This document shows, piece by piece, positions 61,135 through 64,000 of a stretch of 64,000 bases of DNA. The translations under genes and the position numbers were made by a program. The notes beneath the pieces were generated by a model, which was not told the DNA's origin, ran no database searches, and was given only the letters and a program-made list of their open reading frames with translations. Position 1 is the first letter of the stretch. The number at the start of each line of letters is the position of its first letter. Source of the stretch: Pelagomonas calceolata (Eukaryota); NCBI GenBank assembly GCA_918797485.1, contig CAKKNE010000002.1, positions 3,038,001 through 3,102,000 on the forward strand, read 5' to 3'.

Positions 61135-63057
61135 TTAGAAAACTTCGAGCTCGCGCCCATGGTACCCGAATTGCGCCTTGTGCGTATCGTAGAGGCGCGT
61201 CAGCGCGGTCACGTAGGCGCCATGAAATTTCTCCACGTCGCTGCGCGTTGGGTTTGCGATTTTAGGCAAGTGAACGGGCTCCGCCACCACCGTATGCAGC
61301 GCGACGTCGTCGCGCGGCAGCAGCGGGCACCACCAGCGCGGGCCCCAGAAGACCGGTATGATGAACCCGAAGCGCGACAGCGTAAACTCACATATCGAAC
61401 GGTAGAGCGGCGCCCGCAAGTTCGTGTAGAGGTCGCTCTCGCCAAAGGTGAACGCCGGCAACAAACAAACGCCGTACTGCAGCGCGTACTTCACGAAGCC
61501 CGGCCTCGTATAAATTCTATCTCTACCTTTTTCGTACAAGGCCACTTCATGCATGCCACCTGGCAGTATCCCAAAGTCTATGCCCCGGTTCATCAGGTCG
61601 CACATGCGTCGCTTCGTGGCGGGCGTCGCACATCCAAAACCCAACAAAATCTGGCGTAATAATGGAATACGGAACAGCACTGGCGCCATCACGCCGTCGC
61701 ACGTCGCCCTTCTCTCTGATGGTACACCCTCAACAAGCTCGCGCGGCGCGTACCGCATATCGTCGCACGTCTTGAACCGCACGGCGCCGTTCAACGAAAA
61801 TCCGAACCCAATGGACGTGCCGTGCGGGTGCATGCACCACAGCGTCGACGCCGGGCCGCGCATGGCTTCGAGGCCGTCTCTCGTAACGTGGAGCCAGACC
61901 TCCGGGAACCAGCCCGCTGCTTTCAGGTAGGCCGCGCACAGTTTCGGGGAATGCGCACCGGTCGTGAGCGTGATCGCGACGAACGTGGCTAGCATTGTGG
62001 CGAGCGTCGCGTGGCCGCGCCAGAGGGCGATGAAGGCGGCCACGGGTAGACATGGGCCCAGAACCATGCAGCCCAGGATCGCGACGATGGACAGGGCGCC
62101 TCTTATCTTTCCCGCGTCGGGCTCGAGCCGGTGAGAGATCAGCTGCGAGGCGGGCACGCGGAGGTCCGCTATCAATGCGACGTGGTCCGACGGGTAGTTC
62201 CAGCCCGGCAGCCGCGCCTCCACTATTTCATCGTCCTCCGGCGGCAACAAGACCGCGTCCACGCCAACCTCCGGTGAGCAGAGGACGTAGTCGATGCAGT
62301 GGCGCGCCTCGGACGTCCCACGTTTTTTCCACGTCGTCCAGGCGGGCTCGGCGCCGAGCGCCGTCCTGTAGGCGGACCGCAGCGCGCTGGTCGTGGCGGG
62401 GTAGGCTTGGGCCGCGTAGGCAGCGTCGTGCGGCGCCGCGTTCATGTCCAGACAAATAACGCACGGGAGGCCCATCGTGTCCAGGCGTTCCATGAGCTCG
62501 CACACTTGCTTCTTGCGTTGTGCTTCGCCCTCGGCAGTTTTTCTCGCGACGAGGTGCGTGCACGCCACAATAAAGGAGGAGGAACCCGGCACGCGCACCG
62601 TCGCGAGGAGCGCGACCTGGTTCGACGCCGCGTAGTGCATCGTCTCCACACAGACCACGGACACGGTCGCCTCGCGGCAGAACAGGGCGCAGCCGTCCTC
62701 GAGGCCGCTGCCGGGTGCTGTTTTCAAACAAGGGCTCTTGGGCTTCTTCAGGAAGAACCCGCGGTAGCCCCGCTTCGATAACTGCGGCATGAACCAGTCA
62801 TCGAAGTGGTCGACCTCCTCCAGACAAATCACGTCCGGCTCGGGCCCGTGGCGGAAGAGCTCCTCGATCAGCCGTTCGCGCCGCGCCTCCCACTTTAAAG
62901 AATCCTTCGGCGCGCTATCGAAGCCGCCGAGCTTCGTGTCGCGGCCCGAGAGGCCGTCCGCGAGGACGTTGAATTGCACGACGCGCAGGTCCACTCCTTC
63001 TTTTTTTTTCGAGCTCTCGGCCCACCGCCTGCGGTACAGAGGTGCGCTGTTGGCCAT
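61135..63057 (-). CDS. Fusion: nocturnin-like EEP phosphatase + diacylglycerol acyltransferase type 2 (DGAT2/MGAT)
   Basis: Nocturnin motifs QFNVLADGL, DVICLEEVDHF, KPKSPCL..DGCALF, THL, DMNA, TTWKKR, IDY, YPSDH; DGAT2 motifs TM hairpin, HPHG, LFRIP..R, LPGG..E, RPGFVKYALQYG..L.P.FTFGE, P..P...H..Y...L..LYD.HK. One stop-free ORF. Confidence 0.9.
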   Translation of the reverse strand: MANSAPLYRRRWAESSKKKEGVDLRVVQFNVLADGLSGRDTKLGGFDSAPKDSLKWEARRERLIEELFRHGPEPDVICLEEVDHFDDWFMPQLSKRGYRGFFLKKPKSPCLKTAPGSGLEDGCALFCREATVSVVCVETMHYAASNQVALLATVRVPGSSSFIVACTHLVARKTAEGEAQRKKQVCELMERLDTMGLPCVICLDMNAAPHDAAYAAQAYPATTSALRSAYRTALGAEPAWTTWKKRGTSEARHCIDYVLCSPEVGVDAVLLPPEDDEIVEARLPGWNYPSDHVALIADLRVPASQLISHRLEPDAGKIRGALSIVAILGCMVLGPCLPVAAFIALWRGHATLATMLATFVAITLTTGAHSPKLCAAYLKAAGWFPEVWLHVTRDGLEAMRGPASTLWCMHPHGTSIGFGFSLNGAVRFKTCDDMRYAPRELVEGVPSERRATCDGVMAPVLFRIPLLRQILLGFGCATPATKRRMCDLMNRGIDFGILPGGMHEVALYEKGRDRIYTRPGFVKYALQYGVCLLPAFTFGESDLYTNLRAPLYRSICEFTLSRFGFIIPVFWGPRWWCPLLPRDDVALHTVVAEPVHLPKIANPTRSDVEKFHGAYVTALTRLYDTHKAQFGYHGRELEVF

Positions 63058-63456
63058 GCCTGCTTTGCTTATACTCCCAAATTGACTGCTCAGGTGTGCA
63101 GTGGCACTGCCAGTGTCGATTCGTACGCAGCTGTGCGACCTTTTGCCCTTTTAGGTTTCAGGGCTGCAAAACGCTTCCTTTGCCCGCTTATTTTGGCCTT
63201 GTAGCGGTAGTAACGCACAAAAATGCCAAAGCATGCCAAGGAGCTAGCGACATGTAACACACTAGCAAGCACGGGACGGCCTCCGCCGAGGCGGCTTACG
63301 CCAGGCGTGGTGCAGCAGGGCTCCTGGGAGCGAGGCGTGGCGCATCTCAACTATTGGGAGCGATCCGTCGTGCCGCCTCGCAGCCGCCGGACACGTCTGC
63401 AAGCTATAGGCTGTGAACAGCCAGTTTAGCAGCCAACAACAATAGCAGCCAAAACG

Positions 63457-64000
63457 ATGCAGCGGGGTTTCACGTCGAGCAGCCCGCGCGACAGCCAGGA
63501 GCGGCCGCGCAGCGTCGAACCGGCCGTACCCTTGAAGAGCGTGGTGCACAACCCCGGCACGTCTTCCTTGTTCCCGAGCTTCGCGAGCCTTTTTGACGAC
63601 GGCCCGGCTATTACACCTAGACATGCGCACGAGCTCAGCTTGCAAAGAGCCGTGACGAGTCAAGACGTGGCTCCCTTACTCAATTCAAGAATGAGAGAGC
63701 TCTACGCGCGCTTCAGCAACAATCAACCAGACGAGAACGTCGAGGACGAATCCACGCAACGGGAGCGTGCCGTGGCCGCGCGCAAAGCACTCCAGGACGT
63801 GCCGCGGAGCTTCTTTGCGGATGACGCGAGCTTTGAGCTCCAGAACGCGTCCAGTGCCTTCGCATCTAACTCATCTCTGGACGACGCCGAGCGAACAAAA
63901 CAACTGGACGAGGCCCAGGCCCACTTGGATGCGGTGGAAGGCGCTCTGGTAGCGCAGCTCCGCGATAGTTCCGACGACTTCTTTGACGCGCTCGGGGATT
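63457..64000 (+). CDS. VPS54: GARP complex subunit Vps54, N-terminal part (runs off the window)
   Basis: Open frame from ATG 63457: LKSVVHNP...LQDVPRSFFADDASFEL...HLDAVEGALVAQLRDSSDDFFDALGD. Confidence 0.75.
   Translation, partial: MQRGFTSSSPRDSQERPRSVEPAVPLKSVVHNPGTSSLFPSFASLFDDGPAITPRHAHELSLQRAVTSQDVAPLLNSRMRELYARFSNNQPDENVEDESTQRERAVAARKALQDVPRSFFADDASFELQNASSAFASNSSLDDAERTKQLDEAQAHLDAVEGALVAQLRDSSDDFFDALGD

Overview
GC-rich, gene-dense eukaryotic nuclear DNA with short intergenic spacers and few short GT-AG/GC-AG introns. Bipartite signal+transit peptides, an LHC/FCP fragment, DUF285-type modules and a recurring intronic palindrome suggest a pelagophyte alga (Pelagomonas/Aureococcus-like); this is inference, not a database match. 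About 37 CDS-like features are called, including GST, PIG-L, AMT1, VWA8, a KDM5-like demethylase, PRP3, LRRC56, a TMEM143-like protein and partial VPS54, plus two tRNA genes and several pseudogene or chimeric fragments. Most notable: (1) a tRNA-Pro(UGG) gene split by two introns, one at a non-canonical D-arm site with bulge-helix-bulge-like geometry; (2) an intronless nocturnin-DGAT2 fusion ORF; (3) an 80-codon EF-hand-pair module, 90% identical in protein, found in two unrelated genes 22 kb apart and inserted in-frame into a repeat unit of one; (4) a DUF1294 ORF overlapping (ATGA) a HAD-SDR fusion; (5) a 14-mer seen only in introns/non-coding DNA; (6) two accessory patches of scrambled gene fragments (1-2.9 kb and 43.9-50.4 kb). 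All family calls come from motif recognition by eye and need HMM/BLAST confirmation.
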